DNA of 64,000 nt from Octopus vulgaris (GCA_951406725.2 OX597824.1:66588001-66652000); one strand, 5' to 3'; counted from the first letter of the stretch, positions 14,140-27,953 are shown. The notes: generated by a model not told the origin, from the letters alone. Numbers and translations are program-made.

Positions 14140-15640
14140 TCCTTGGAATGTGATCCTGAATTGGGCAGGGGACATATGGCTTGTGGTCCCAGCCTTAGAT
14201 GAACCTTGAAGCTAATATTCAGGTCGTTTGGTTAATGCTAGTGGTATATTTTCCACATAGTGCAAATGATGTACTGCTTGTGGTGGCACTGGAGTGAGTA
14301 GAGTTTCAAGGCTTTAATGCGATCCCAGTAATCGAGATCAGTCATGCCTTCAATTCGTTTAGTGAGTGCCCTCTGGAGTGATTCAGCTTTTGAGATGTTT
14401 TGTTTTGTATGGGAAGATCACAGGCGTTAGCAGTATTTGAAGTGTGGCCGTACAAAGGAGGAAAAAAGTGGAATGATGACACCTTGTTTTCTGGACCGGA
14501 AGGTTCTTAAGATCCAGGAGCTCATCCTACGAGCTATATCGACCTTATTGTTGATGTGGGCACTCCAACTGAGATTGTTATCAACAATCACACCTTGGTC
14601 TCTGATATTGTTAGCCAGGAAATAGTCAATCCAGTGTAGAAGTTTTCTACGGATTCTAACATTTGCCAGTTTTGAAAATAGGATATTATGGTCAACCCTG
14701 TTGAAAGCTTTACTGAAGTCAAGATATATGACATCAGAGTTCGAACCTGTTTCCAAGGCTTTAAATATATCGTCAATGTGGTGTAAGAGCTGTGTTAGAC
14801 ATTCCCTGCCACAGCAAAAGCTATGCTGATTTGCTTTTAGGAGTTTATGGATCTCCAGGAAGCCAGCTATCCTTGATCTTACCACTCTTTCAAACACTTT
14901 AATGATGTGGGAGGTGAGTGAGATTGGGTGATAGTTGACTGCGAGGGATCTGTTTCCCTGTTTGAAAACCAGGATGACAGACTGGATAGGAGCTGTTTCA
15001 GTATATAACCTGAGTCTAAAGAATTTCTCCAGAGGTTGATCAGAGGAACTGCAAGTTGGTGTCTACATTCCTTCAGGAGACTAGCAGGGAATCTATCATG
15101 GCTTACAGCAGAATTGTATTTGACCTCATATATTGCTGCTATGATGTCTGAGGCAGTGATGGTTATGTCCAAGATTTTATGTTGGAAATCAACTTCGTTT
15201 GCTTCCTTTATGTCGATATCAGCGGGATCACTAAAGACAGAGCAGTATTGTTTCTGCAGTATTTCTGCCATTTCTTTAGCATGTTGGGGAATGTCATTAT
15301 CATCAATCAATGGTCCAATGGGTGAGACAGCAGTTCTATGCTTATTTGCATAAGAATAGAACACTTTTGGGTTCTGTTTGATTTTTTTGATTACCCACTG
15401 TTCCTCTGCAGCTCTTTGATTTTGAATGGAGGTTTTCATGTCGGTCTGCAGATGAAGTTTTTCCAACTCAAGCCTTTTCATTGTTGTTGAATGTGGATGT
15501 TGTATGTGGGAGTATTTCACTTGGTTGATTTTTTTATTGAGTCTTTTGATGTGCCTGATGAGTGTTTTTTCTTTCTAGGGAGCCAGTTTCTGTTTGTGTT
15601 AGTGGATTTCGTAGGAGCATGTTGTACAAGTGACAATGTT
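14140..15640 (-). mobile_element. CR1/L2-group LINE fragment with internally deleted RT
   Basis: ORFs 14879-15520 (KQNPKVFYSY) and 14427-14897 (YLDFSKAFNRVDH...RDQGVIVD...VRPHFKYC); the QG/YADD block is missing. Confidence 0.88.
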
Positions 15641-15641
15641 C

Positions 15642-17240
15642 TCAAAGTGCAGCCATGATTTTTCTCTCAATTTCACTTGGACTGTGTAGTTTGTAGAATG
15701 GAAATATAAATATTTTCCAACCATATGTTACCAGATGGTTACTCAAAGGTATCTGATGGACATCTGGGTCTCTAATTTGCTGTTGGTGCATACATGGACG
15801 TTCTGATAGTGCATTTCCAGTCAAACCCACATATAGTTCTTCACAATTTGGGCATTTCATGCAGTAAATTAAATTTCTGCTTTTGCAGTTCATATTTGCA
15901 CTTGTGAATATTTTACTGGTTTTGGGGTTCATATATTGACCAATATGTATGAATTGACATGTGCCACATTGGCTATCATTGCATTTAGATACAATGAATG
16001 ATTGGTCTTTTTGCTAAGGTCAAACTTTGCCTTTGTAAATAATTATTTCAAGTTTTTAGGCTGTCTTTTACTAAGAACCATAGCTCGATTTGTGATAATA
16101 TCTTTTAATTCATTACTTTGAGCAATGATTGGTAGGTATGCTTTGGCAATGTTGAAGATGGTGACATGGGTTGTGTGTCACTATAAATGGTATGACTTGT
16201 TCCTGTTTTCTCCTTCTTTGGGTTGTTCTCAGTTGTTGTATGGGTATTTTTATAGCCTGCTCTATGCCATTTTCTATAAGTAGAGACAGGCATTTTTGTC
16301 TGAGAAAAAATTCTCTTAGTTCTGTTAGGGGTTTGCATCTCCTACCTTGGTACAAATACTTCTGGCTAGGCAGTATGGGATGTTGTGTTTTGTATGTAGT
16401 GGATGGCATGACTTAAAATTCAGGTATTGATGTGTGCCTGTGTGTTTGTAGTATATATATCTGTGGTAATGGTGGTGTCCTTTTTAATTACCATTATATC
16501 TAAGAATGGTAATCTGGTACACCCCATCTCCTTTGTAAATTGGAGAGATGGGTGTAGGTTGTTGAGGAGGATTTAAAAATTCCGTCCAGATTATGAAACA
16601 ATTGTCAAGGTATCTCTTCCATGCCTTTTCAGTATACTTTCTAAATTCAGTGCTATAGGTTTCCTCTACTTCTTGGTGAAGTTGTTCTAAATATCCGATT
16701 ACAGAGTTCATGTAAATGGGAGCAAACCTCGTTCCCATTGCTGTATTTGGATGTAATTCTTTCCATTGAAAAAGAATGTGTTGTTTTCCAGAATAAGTCT
16801 GACTGTGTCTAATATAAATAGCACTGTGAATCTGTTGGGGGTCACTTCTCTATGTTTTTCTACCCAGTATTTAATCACCTTGATTTCTAAATCATGTGGA
16901 ATATTGGTGTAAAGGCTTACCACATCAAAACTAAGTAGAAGTGAGTTTGTTTCAGTTGTTTTGGGAAGATGGGATAAGAAGTCGATGTCATCCCAGATAT
17001 GTAGGTACATAGTGGTTTCAAAACAATTAGCACCACTAGTCAGTGGTTGCTGTGAAAAAGGTGGTGGAATAAAAAAGGGTCTAGGGATTAGTTTAGGAGT
17101 TATGCTTCTTGGTTGGATATGTTGTGAAGCTGGCAAGAGTTATCTTCAAGTGGGGAAAGAGTGTATTATTAATGTGGTGCTCCTGTTCCACCACTTTTTT
17201 CACTGTAGCTTCTGTCTGGTGGTGCTAATCCACCTCTGAC
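15642..17240 (-). mobile_element. Penelope-like element (RT plus GIY-YIG endonuclease), degenerate
   Basis: LLSFDVVSLYTNIPHD, MGTRFAPIY, KRYLDNCF, and NLIYCMKCPNCEELYVGLT (GIY-YIG). Confidence 0.92.
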
Positions 17241-17273
17241 AAGAGAGAGCAGTTGCCATATTCCCTTCCACAT

Positions 17274-17363
17274 TGGTTGACTCTGATGAGTGTAAAGTTA
17301 CATAAATGGTTTCTTACCTAGCACTCCATTATATTTTTTATGTGAAACTGATTGGTAAGACCA
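17274..17363 (+). ncRNA. Degenerate type I hammerhead ribozyme motif
   Basis: ctgatga at 17283, stem II gtgtaaa/tttatgt, gaaa ctgattgg ta, then agacca. Lies next to the 5' end of the Penelope ORF, in inverted orientation. Confidence 0.5.
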
Positions 17364-17581
17364 GCCATGATAGATATTTAATGCTATACATTTCAGATAG
17401 TATACCCACTCTATTGAAAGATATACAAGTGCACCATTATCCTGACTTATGGTCTCTCTTAGACAAATCACGTATATATTTATATATATAGGTGTATATA
17501 TATGTATATATTTATATAATACAATATAATATATATATATATATATATATGTGTGTATGTATATGTATATATGTATGTATG

Positions 17582-17637
<56 letters not shown>

Positions 17638-18119
17638 TACACACACACACACACACACACACATATGAAAAATTTAAAATGGAAGCAAACACTCAAGATG
17701 TTATAAAATCATTTATATCTTCATATCATCAACATATGTTTTGATGGATGCATTCAGAATACGGTGTATTCTGGCCACAACTCATATCTGTCTATCATGA
17801 TGTCTGTCTTCTCACTCTATATACCCAGATGGGCCATTTTCTTACAAGCTAACCAAGTAATCAATTCTTTCAACATGAATGCAACATTCAAAATACTGCC
17901 AAAATACTGCCTGGATTTACCTGGGACTATACTTAAGGACTTATATCTTCATGGAAGTGCAAACCAACCTCCATACCCTCTGGAAGGAGATAAACTGTGA
18001 ACTTTATTCCCCTGTCAGTATTCTTCTATCTACTGTTTTACTCTTTATTCTTCTATCTACTATTTTATTCCTTTATAAACTGTGAATTCCCTGTCTAGAA
18101 CTTGCCTCCATACCCACCT

Positions 18120-18197
18120 TGTCTCTGATGACAGGATACCCAGGGTATGGAGATGTTAACCTATCACATGGAATATCTCAGAAACAGCTGTAAGACA
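18120..18197 (+). ncRNA. Minimal type I hammerhead ribozyme motif
   Basis: tgtct-CTGATGA-caggata...tatctca-GAAA-cagctg-TA-agaca; 5-bp stem I, palindromic stem III, imperfect stem II. Confidence 0.7.
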
Positions 18198-18536
18198 TCC
18201 AATAATTAATTAATTAACTAGTTAATTACTTCAAATTCCTATATATATATAATTAAGATTCAGTTGAATTAGGCACTTAAGTTGAAGCACCAAGTCAGTC
18301 TAGTATTATCTGCACAGCTCAAAGTATGGTGAATAAAATCAAAATAAGCAACACAATATCAAGTTGTTTATTTTGATTTAATATATATATGTATTTGTTT
18401 ATATATATGTATATATATAGTTAATACCTAACTGGACTCACATCTCCTTTTCTCATAAGGATAAACATGAATCTCCTAGATTCTATTCAGCTATTTCCTT
18501 TCTCAAGTCCTTTGTAAAAATTTTGTCTATACTTCT

Positions 18537-18644
18537 TGCACTGAAGAGTACAGTGATATATAATTAATTTAATCAATTTAATTAATTCAATTCAACTATG
18601 AATTTGCATGATTTTTATATCTCTGTATGAAACGATCATCTGCA
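18537..18644 (+). ncRNA. Minimal type I hammerhead ribozyme motif
   Basis: tgca-CTGAAGA-gtacag...ctgtat-GAAA-cgatca-TC-tgca; stem III is one change from the palindrome cgatcg. Confidence 0.7.
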
Positions 18645-18873
18645 TGAATTAAATTCTCTTATATATTTTAGCATCTCTTCTTCATTTTTAACAAAATCGT
18701 TCAGTTTTATGGGATTTCTTTCCATAAATTCATAACACATCATATATATATACATACATATTTTTTCAAGACTTATACACGCCCTGATACCATCAGTATC
18801 TACATATCAAATTTGAGCGCAATCGGATGGTGGATGCCCAAGATCCTAGAAGACACACAGACAGAACAGATTT

Positions 18874-18910
<37 letters not shown>

Positions 18911-18914
<4 letters not shown>

Positions 18915-19165
18915 GGTGGCACGTAAAAAGCACCATCCGATCATGGCCATTGCCAGCTTTGCCTGGCTCCCATGCCGGTGGCACGTAAAAAGCACCCACT
19001 ACACTCATGGAGTGGTTGGCGTTAGGAAGGGCATCCAGCCATAGAAACACTGCCAGATCAGACTGGGCCTGATGTAGCCTTTTGGCTTCACAGACCCCAG
19101 TTGAACCGTCCAACCCATGCTAGCATGGAAAGCGGACGCTAAATGATGATCATGATGATGATGAT
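18911..19165 (+). mobile_element. RTE 3' UTR fragment (family D)
   Basis: Matches 51480-51760: ccggtggcacgtaaaaagcacc units, then cccatgctagcatgga and a (GAT)n tail. Confidence 0.85.
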
Positions 19166-19722
19166 GTATATATATGTAGAAACTGACTGTATCAGGGCAT
19201 GTATAAGTCTTGAAAAAATTACAAAAATCGATCCCAGGTGAGAATACGATCGATAAAGCTGTGGGAACATGCATTTGTTTGTGCAAGTACATCAGCTGTT
19301 GCGATTGATACTATGGATATGTGAGAAAAATGCACAGGCAGTTTGTGCAAAAGAAGCCGGCTGGCTTGAAATAATACCACAAAATGCAGTATATTTAAGA
19401 AACCAAAAACGTAAGATGCAAAAGAGATATTTTCTTCAAACTTGGCATGAAGGAAGGAAAGACTATTTGGTTTCTCAAGGTTTTTTTTGTCTTAACTTCG
19501 TTTAACAAAACCAAAAATTTTATTGAAATAAAGGCCTGCTTAACTATTTTTTAATGAAATGAAAACACTGATTGCTTTTTATTCAGCAGATATGATTCAG
19601 CACCGTCCATTGGATGGGGGGGCATTTTGCTCATACATATATACATATATATATATACACATACATACATATATATACACACACACACACACGCACATAT
19701 ATATATAGATATATATACACAT

Positions 19723-19777
<55 letters not shown>

Positions 19778-20172
19778 TATATATATACACATATACATAT
19801 ATATATACACATATACATACATACATATATATATATTTATATATATATATATATATATGAATGATAAAAACAGATGAATGGGTTATGTGGTATTGCTACA
19901 ATTGTCTCATGAGTTTTTATTTTGATATAAGTACTATACAATTAGTTAGTTTCTGTTATAAATTACATAACTCCCTACCGAACAAGCAATCAGGTAAACG
20001 AGGGAATACTGACTTGTTGATTAACAAACAGATTATGACCTTCGTGGATTACTTAACAGCTTTGATCTTCCTTCATTGATATCTTTGGTACTAAGATAAT
20101 AGGTTGTTAACTGTCTGCTTTCGAATGATTTTATCTAGCCAATTAATGGCATACTTCACTTTGATACTTTTC

Positions 20173-20502
<330 letters not shown>

Positions 20503-20541
20503 TAACACACACACACACACACACTCTCTCTCTCTCTCTCT

Positions 20542-20594
<53 letters not shown>

Positions 20595-20649
20595 TTTTTT
20601 TTGTACTTGTTTCAGTCATTTGACTGCGGCCATGCTGGAGCACCGCCTT

Positions 20650-20820
20650 TAGAGTGGTGAAAGAGTACAGCAGGGATCACCACCATCCCCTGCCGGAGCC
20701 TCGTGGAGCTTTTAGGTGTTTTCGCTCAATAAACACACACAACGCCCGGTTTGGGAATCGAAACCGTGATCCTCCGACCGCAAGTCCGCTGCCCTAACCA
20801 CTGGGCCATTGCGCCTCCAC
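20650..20820 (-). mobile_element. tRNA-derived SINE (family B) 5' part
   Basis: Minus strand ggaggcgcaatggcccagtggttagggcagcggac...ggtttcgattcc. Confidence 0.85.
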
Positions 20821-20848
20821 ATACATATGTATGTATATATATATATAC

Positions 20849-20893
<45 letters not shown>

Positions 20894-20920
20894 TATACAT
20901 ACATATATATATACATACAT

Positions 20921-21060
20921 ATGCGTATAAATACTCATATACTTTTTATTAAAGTTGCAAAAATATACTTTTGCAGCTTTAATAAAAAGCATATTACTCT
21001 ACCTTTGGTATTCGAGTACCATATTTGTTCCACCTTGTTTTGCAATTATGTGCTCACCTG

Positions 21061-21111
<51 letters not shown>

Positions 21112-21159
21112 CTCTCTCACACACACACACACTCTCTCTGTCACACACACACACACACA

Positions 21160-21191
<32 letters not shown>

Positions 21192-21353
21192 ATATATATA
21201 TATATATATAATTATATATATGCGTATAAATACTCATATACTTTTTATTAAAGTTGCAAAAATATACTTTTGCAGCTTTAATAAAAAGCATATTGCTCTA
21301 CCTTTGGTATTCGAGTACCTTTTTTTCCACCTTGTTTTGCAATTATGTGCTCA

Positions 21354-21436
<83 letters not shown>

Positions 21437-21472
21437 ATCTCTCTCTCTCTCACACACACATACACACACACA

Positions 21473-21510
<38 letters not shown>
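20921..21510. repeat. Tandem duplication of a ~140-bp hairpin-containing module plus CT/CA microsatellite
   Basis: atgcgtataaatactcatatac...gtgctcacctgtctctc occurs at about 20921 and again at about 21220. Confidence 0.9.
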
Positions 21511-21517
<7 letters not shown>

Positions 21518-21726
21518 AGAAAATGAAATGAGAAAAGAATTAAATGATTATCATTAGCATACGACTGTTTCTGCTATAAGATGCTGCAGTGAAGTTCATA
21601 AGATAACCGTTTATTCCTTTGTCATTTCATTTTCTCATTACTGCTCTGTACTCAACTAATACTTCATTCTGAAACATGTATATTGAGTTCTACACCAGGT
21701 TTTTAGTCTTGCAATACCTAAGTAAT

Positions 21727-21767
<41 letters not shown>

Positions 21768-22035
21768 AAGGGAAAGTTTACGAAATTAAACAAAAGATGA
21801 AGGCAGGTGGAGTACAAACAAACAAATGTATTAGTATAGCGCTCAGGAATAGAAAAAGTCTTTTACGTTTGAGCCTACGCTCTTCGACAGAAAGATACAC
21901 AGAAAAAAACAAGGAGAGAAACAAGGAGAGAAAAAAAATGCATGTAGGAGCTAACGATCTATCATGGCATCCATATATATATATACTTATATATAAGAGA
22001 GCAAAGTGTACGTACGCCGCTATATATATATATAT

Positions 22036-22400
22036 AAAATGTAAAATGGGACAAGAATGCAAAGCATCTGGCCAACTAGGTGATACAAAAAGGGACAACA
22101 AAACATCCAGATCGATGATACAAAAAAAGCAAGGACGGGTCATTCAAAGCTTTCTATCCTCAGTCAAGAACCGGATAATCCTCGCAATTCCAGCTGATTA
22201 ATCTTGAGATTGCTCCAATCTAGTCAGCCCCAATCTCAAGATTAATCAGCCGAAATTGTGAGGATGATCTGGTTCTTGACTGTGAATAGAAAGCTTTGAA
22301 TGACCCGTCCTTCTTTTTTTGTATCGTCTATCTGGATGTTTTGTTGTCCCTTTTTGTATCACCTAGTTGTTCAGATGCTTTGCGTTCTTGTTCCATTTTG

Positions 22401-22406
<6 letters not shown>
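22036..22406. repeat. Long inverted repeat (~177-bp arms, 18-bp spacer) flanked by (TA)n
   Basis: 22036-22212 is the imperfect reverse complement of 22231-22406. Confidence 0.92.
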
Positions 22407-22442
<36 letters not shown>

Positions 22443-23476
22443 ACACATTGATACACATTAGTTTTTTATGTAGAGTTATTAGAAAAACAGTTGAACATTA
22501 AATTGAAAGATAACTCAATACTTTTTGCAGAGTACTATATTCATTTATTTCCGCCAGGAAAAAATTGACAGTAACTTCAAATTTTTGTATGTATGTATGT
22601 ATGTATGTATGTATGTATGTATGTATGCATGCATGCATGCATATATATATGTATATATGTATATTTGCGTGCATATATAAACGTGTGTTTGTTTTGTATG
22701 TGCTGACATGCAATCCACACACGCCCACCCATATGTACTCCCTACACAACTATGCACATACTTGGAAATAGCTTACTAAAATCACTATTCTCAAAATAAT
22801 TCCAATGACTCAACACGAGGGTGTTGTGAATTTCAATCATTCATATAAGAACTTCTCATCATTTCCATTTCCTCCATTAAGTCTTAATTTATTAATGTGA
22901 AAAAGATATTATTCATTTTCCCAAATCTTTAGCTAAATTTCCTAAATTTTTCAAGAACTCATAATCTAGTCATACTTAAACTGTAATCCTCTGTATAGTC
23001 CCATGTGATCACACTATAAGAAAGCCTCTTTCTATTTCACCGAAACTCCCTTTTTTTATCTATATTCCGTTGGATATTGGCTTCTTGCAACTCTGTTAAG
23101 GACACTTTTAATTGGAAGACAAAATTCTGATTACTAAATGTTGTTTTATTTCACAATAAACAGGACTCTTGTTGTCATTCTTAAACTACTCAAATAAAAC
23201 ACAAACAGGAAGAGAATTATAGTTTTATGTTTGACAGAATTTCCACAAGGAAAACGTATTTATACTTCTCAGCACTCCATACTTTAGATCCTTAAAGAAA
23301 GAATGCAAGGTCAATTAAGTTTATTTGCTTATTTGTTTTTGGTTCATTTCAGGAAAAGTTTTTTTTAGTATATCACTCCATTAAAGTAAAATATTTGCTC
23401 CTGAATAATACAAAATATACAACAAATTTATGGATTTTTGTGTGTGTGTTTGTGTCTATATACATATATATGTATG

Positions 23477-23512
<36 letters not shown>

Positions 23513-23780
23513 ATACAGCTAGATAGATAGATAAATAGATTTTACATATAAATAATATATATTCAGTGTATATAATCATCATTTTATATCTGTTGTTCTT
23601 ACTAGCATGGGTTGGACAGTTTGACCAGGGCTGGCAATTGGAAGGCTGCACCAGACTCCAGTCTGATTTGGCATAGTTTGCCAAATGTAAGCCTAAAGAC
23701 TTAACGAACTTTCTCCTTTTTTCCTTTCTCTTTTCATTTCCCTTTTTCTTCTATCTATATTCCTCCAATAAACTCTAAAT

Positions 23781-23859
23781 CATTCTGACAATGTTTGTTA
23801 AATGGAATGAGATAAATGCAAATTTACTTTGAAATAACAAACTGAAACAGCTGTAAATG
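23781..23859 (+). ncRNA. Minimal type I hammerhead motif (core G8 changed to A)
   Basis: catt-CTGACAA-tgtttgtta...taacaaact-GAAA-cagctg-TA-aatg. Confidence 0.65.
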
Positions 23860-23974
23860 TTATTGAACTACAATTAAACTATGACTTTTTAATTTAATAC
23901 CAATGATCAACTTTTAATTGTTAATTGTTGCTCCATTTCTTTTCTTATCTGTATATATATATATATATATCTTC

Positions 23975-24523
23975 TTGGGACACAAAACTCTACTTGTGAA
24001 GACGTGTTGAGGCAAGTGAGGATCAGAATCGAAATCGATCAATGGAAATTGCGGATGTGCTACCAGTGCCGGTGGCATGTCGAAACTCTGCTTGTGAAGA
24101 CCCATTGAGGCAAGTGAGGATCAGAATCGAAATCGATCAATGGAAATCGATCAATGGAAATTGCAGATGTGTTACCAGTGCCGGTGGCATGTAAGAGAAC
24201 CTTCCGTTTCGCGACCGTTGCCAGCACCGGCCCGTTTCGTGTTCGTTGCCAGCCTCGCCTGGCCCTCGTGCCGGTGGCACATAAAAAACACCATCCGTTC
24301 GTGGCCGTTTGCCAGCTCTGGCTGGCACCAGTGCGGGTGGCACGTAAAAAGCACCCACTACACTCACGGAGTGGTTGGCGTTAGGAAGGGCATCCAGCCG
24401 TAGAAACACTGCCAGATTTGACTGGGCCTGATGAAGCCTTCTGGCTTCACAGACCCCAGCAGAACCGTCCAACCCATGCTAGCATGGAAAACGGACGCTA
24501 AATGATGATGATGATGATGATGA

Positions 24524-24527
<4 letters not shown>
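23975..24527 (+). mobile_element. RTE 3' UTR fragment (family D) with internal tandem units
   Basis: Similar to 51270-51760; (GAT)n tail. Confidence 0.85.
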
Positions 24528-24556
<29 letters not shown>

Positions 24557-24558
<2 letters not shown>

Positions 24559-24718
24559 ACGGGCTTCTTTCAGTTTCCGTCTACCAAATCCACTCACAAG
24601 GCTTTGGTCAGCCTGAGGCTAGTGTAGGAGACTCCTACCCAAGTTGCCATACAGTGGGACTGAACCTGGAACCATGTGGCTGGTAAGCAAACTACTTATT
24701 ACACAGCCACTCCTGTGC
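24557..24718 (-). mobile_element. SINE family A 5' half
   Basis: Reverse complement of 45500-45660. Confidence 0.85.
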
Positions 24719-24729
24719 CAATATATTGA

Positions 24730-25270
24730 TTAGGCAATGTGAGGCCCTTGATGACTCTTGAGTCTGGCCAAAAATTTATACATTCTATTGCATAATGCAC
24801 AGCTGCGATGGCTGGCATAATGCACAGCTGTGATAGCTGGCAAAGCTCTCTGATGGCTGACCAGGCCTGCATGACTCAAAAATTTCCTCTCACAAATCAC
24901 ACACATAAAAAGCAACACGCACTTATTTTCTACAAGTTCATTCTTTCTAAGCCTTCTCTTGCTCTTCTTGTGCTTCATTCTCTCTCTCTCAAACTTCAAA
25001 CAACCAGTACATTCTTTTCCTCCATCCAATTTGGTCTTGTGCCTCCATCTCCCAATCATCAACTGAAACTCCTGTCTGTGTCAGAGTAATTCTAAAGCAG
25101 TCCTTTTGGGTTTATGAGCTGGCCTCCTTCCATCATCCAGCTCCCCATACAAAAGCTTAGGAAGTCTTTTATCATTCATTCTCACCAGATGTCCACTCCA
25201 CCTCAAACAACTTTGCAGAATCATCAACTCTACATTCCTACTTACACTTCACTCAAGTACCTCCACATTA
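24730..25270 (-). mobile_element. RTE/BovB-like LINE 3' end with C2H2 fingers
   Basis: CVICERKFLSHAGLVSH and CALCNRMYKFLARLKSH; the upstream sequence resembles an RT thumb region. Confidence 0.65.
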
Positions 25271-25589
25271 CAGATCGCCATTCATATATATATATATATA
25301 CTTTATTAGGAATTGAATTAATCCACTATGGACATTATTTTCTCTGTCACAATAAATAAATAGAATGCAATAAAATAGAATCACAAAGCACATAGCAAAT
25401 TTTCTGTTAATTCGACAAATCTCAAACATACGTGAAATCCATAAACTAACTAAACAGTGAAACCATAAACATTCACAGATCATTTAGACTTGTAGTAATG
25501 AAAATGCAATTTTCAATATATCTGATTACTATGAATACTGTTGGATATCAAACAGCTGTGTTTTTAATCATTTGTATATACTTAGAGAT

Positions 25590-25855
25590 TGTGGTGTATG
25601 TGGGAGATTTGAAGTAAGACACCTACATTCTTTTTGTCGATGTAGACCTCTCCAGTGGTAATGCACCCTTCCACGTGGCCTGACCTGAACGCTAAAAGTA
25701 GCAGCTGCTTTTCCCTCACCTTGTTGAAGCGCTCACACGTCCACCACTGTTGGCTACCCTGATTGAAAAGGCCCAATAGTCCCCTGCCTGTGCGTGTGTC
25801 ACCCCTGCACCCTTCCTCTTCCGATCAGCTCCCCAGCTGCTGACGTCATACCACA
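25590..25855. mobile_element. Solo LTR (266 bp)
   Basis: TGTGGT...ACCACA inverted termini; perfect 5-bp TSD GAGAT at 25585-25589 and 25856-25860; GC-richer than its flanks. Confidence 0.85.
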
Positions 25856-26039
25856 GAGATATTAACACATGAAATGAAAACTGTTTGACTGTTGTTCAAT
25901 CTTCTCTGTTCACTATTCCTAAAAGGGTTGTTTATAGGAGTAGAGTTCTTAGGCACCTTCTTCATAGGGTTCTATCAAGAAAAATTGTCATTACACTTTC
26001 TGACTGAATTACCAAGCATGATTAACTGAGACTATGGAT

Positions 26040-26790
26040 ATTATTCAACCATCTAATTCTTGGTCTACCCTTAAGTGTCCTGCCAGTTGGCTCAACTTGA
26101 AGAATCCATTTTGTGATATTCTAATCTGCAATATTCTAATCACATGTCTGTAGTACCAGAGATATGACTTTTCAATGTGGGGATGTAGCAGCTTGACCTG
26201 GAGAGATTTCCTGATCCCCAAGCTATGCAACCTGTTGAGTAATGGTGTTGCAGTGTTCCTTTGGAGTAAACCCATTTTGACCACTTGTATTCATGGGCAT
26301 ACACATTTTGACCATTACCCAACATTCATTGTGGAGGCATATAGCCTAGTGGTTAAGGTATTGAACTCATGATCATAAGATTGTGGTTTCAATTCCTAGA
26401 CTGGGCTACCTATTGTGTTCTTGAGCAATAGACTTCATTCACACTGCTCCAGTCCACTCAGCAGGCAAAAGTGAGTAATCCTGTGATGGACCAGCATCCT
26501 GTCCAGGCAGGGAACTTATACACCATGGAAATTGGGAAACCAGCACTTATGCGTTGGCATGACTTGAGAAGGTAACTTTATCTTTACCATACAACATTCA
26601 TGACCACAGGTGAAGATAAGCATGAAAACCAAATTGAAGCTAGCGAGTTTGACTTTTTGATCAATCTCCCCTTTATTGACGATTGAATGCTGAAGTTGGC
26701 TCATTACTGTGCTAGCAACTGCAGTTTTAGCATCTAATTCAACATCTTGCCTCCTATCACTCATGAATATGGCTCTATTTAAAAAATTTT
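26040..26790 (-). mobile_element. Decayed RTE-like LINE C-terminus interrupted by a family B SINE (26330-26585)
   Basis: RRQDVELDAKTAVAS...KVKLASFNLVF..IFTCGHEC and IEKSYLWYYRHVIR. Confidence 0.6.
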
Positions 26791-27097
26791 GAATTCTATG
26801 ATTGTGGTTTTTATCAGTTATAGCATTAATTTTGTTATTGTTTTTGTAGCCTGCTGTAAAAATATAGTACACTATCACTAACTCTTTCAGAAGATGTGAC
26901 CGAGATCTTGGAATATTAACGAACTTAAGAACATTATTATACTAAACATAAAATAAAAGGTTAATAAGTTAATAGAAAAATTCTTGAATACATAACATTA
27001 AACATGAATCCAGGTATTTCCTCAATATAATGTAGGTGTGTATGTTTGCATGTGTGTGTATGTATGTATGTGTGTGTATGTGTGTGTGTGTGTGTGT

Positions 27098-27172
<75 letters not shown>

Positions 27173-27401
27173 TGTGTGTGCAGACACATTATCTAAATGA
27201 AATCAATTTTGCAGTTTTGGTGGCAGTGGTTGTCAGACTTACAAGTTGCAGCCAATGCAACTTTGAAACTGACTTGTGTTTTGTCTGAATAAAATATTTA
27301 AACTACACATAACTGATATCTTTATTGGTTTATGATAACCAGTGTCTTTAAGGCTTCTTCTAAATACACACTTTTGGTATATATATATTTGTATATACAT
27401 T

Positions 27402-27748
27402 ATCATCATCATCATCAACGTTTAATGTCCGTTTTCCATGCTAGCATGGGTTGGATGGTTCGACCAGGGTCTTGGAAGCCAGGAGGCTTCACCAGGCTCC
27501 AATCTTGATCTGGCAGCGTTTCTACAGCTGGATGCCCTTCCTAACGCCAACCACTCCATTAGTGTAGTGGGTGCTTTTTACGTGCCATTGGCACAGGGGC
27601 AAGAGGAGGCTGGCAAACGGTCACGATTGGTTGGTGCTTTTACATGTCACCGACATGGATGCCAGTCAGGCCACGCTGGCATCTGCCACGTTCGGACGGT
27701 GCTTTTAACATGTCACCAGCACAGGTATCTCAACTACAATTTCCATTT
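27402..27748 (-). mobile_element. RTE 3' UTR fragment (family D)
   Basis: (CAT)n then gtttaatgtccgttttccatgctagcatggg; reverse complement of 51480-51760. Confidence 0.85.
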
Positions 27749-27917
27749 GGGCAAATTAATTTATTTGCACAATAATACAGAAACTCGAGTTCCCTTTGAA
27801 ATTACTCTTGTGATTTGGGCTTTAACTGTCCTCTCTAGCATGTAAGGTGTCCTGTTAAAGGTCACCTCTTTTGTGTATAAATATGTGCACTAATACATAT
27901 ATATATACACACATATG

Positions 27918-27953
<36 letters not shown>

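Noticed and set aside
25582-25776. 64-aa GC-richer ORF that looked like a host exon
   Set aside because: It lies almost wholly inside a solo LTR with a TSD and has no recognisable domain.
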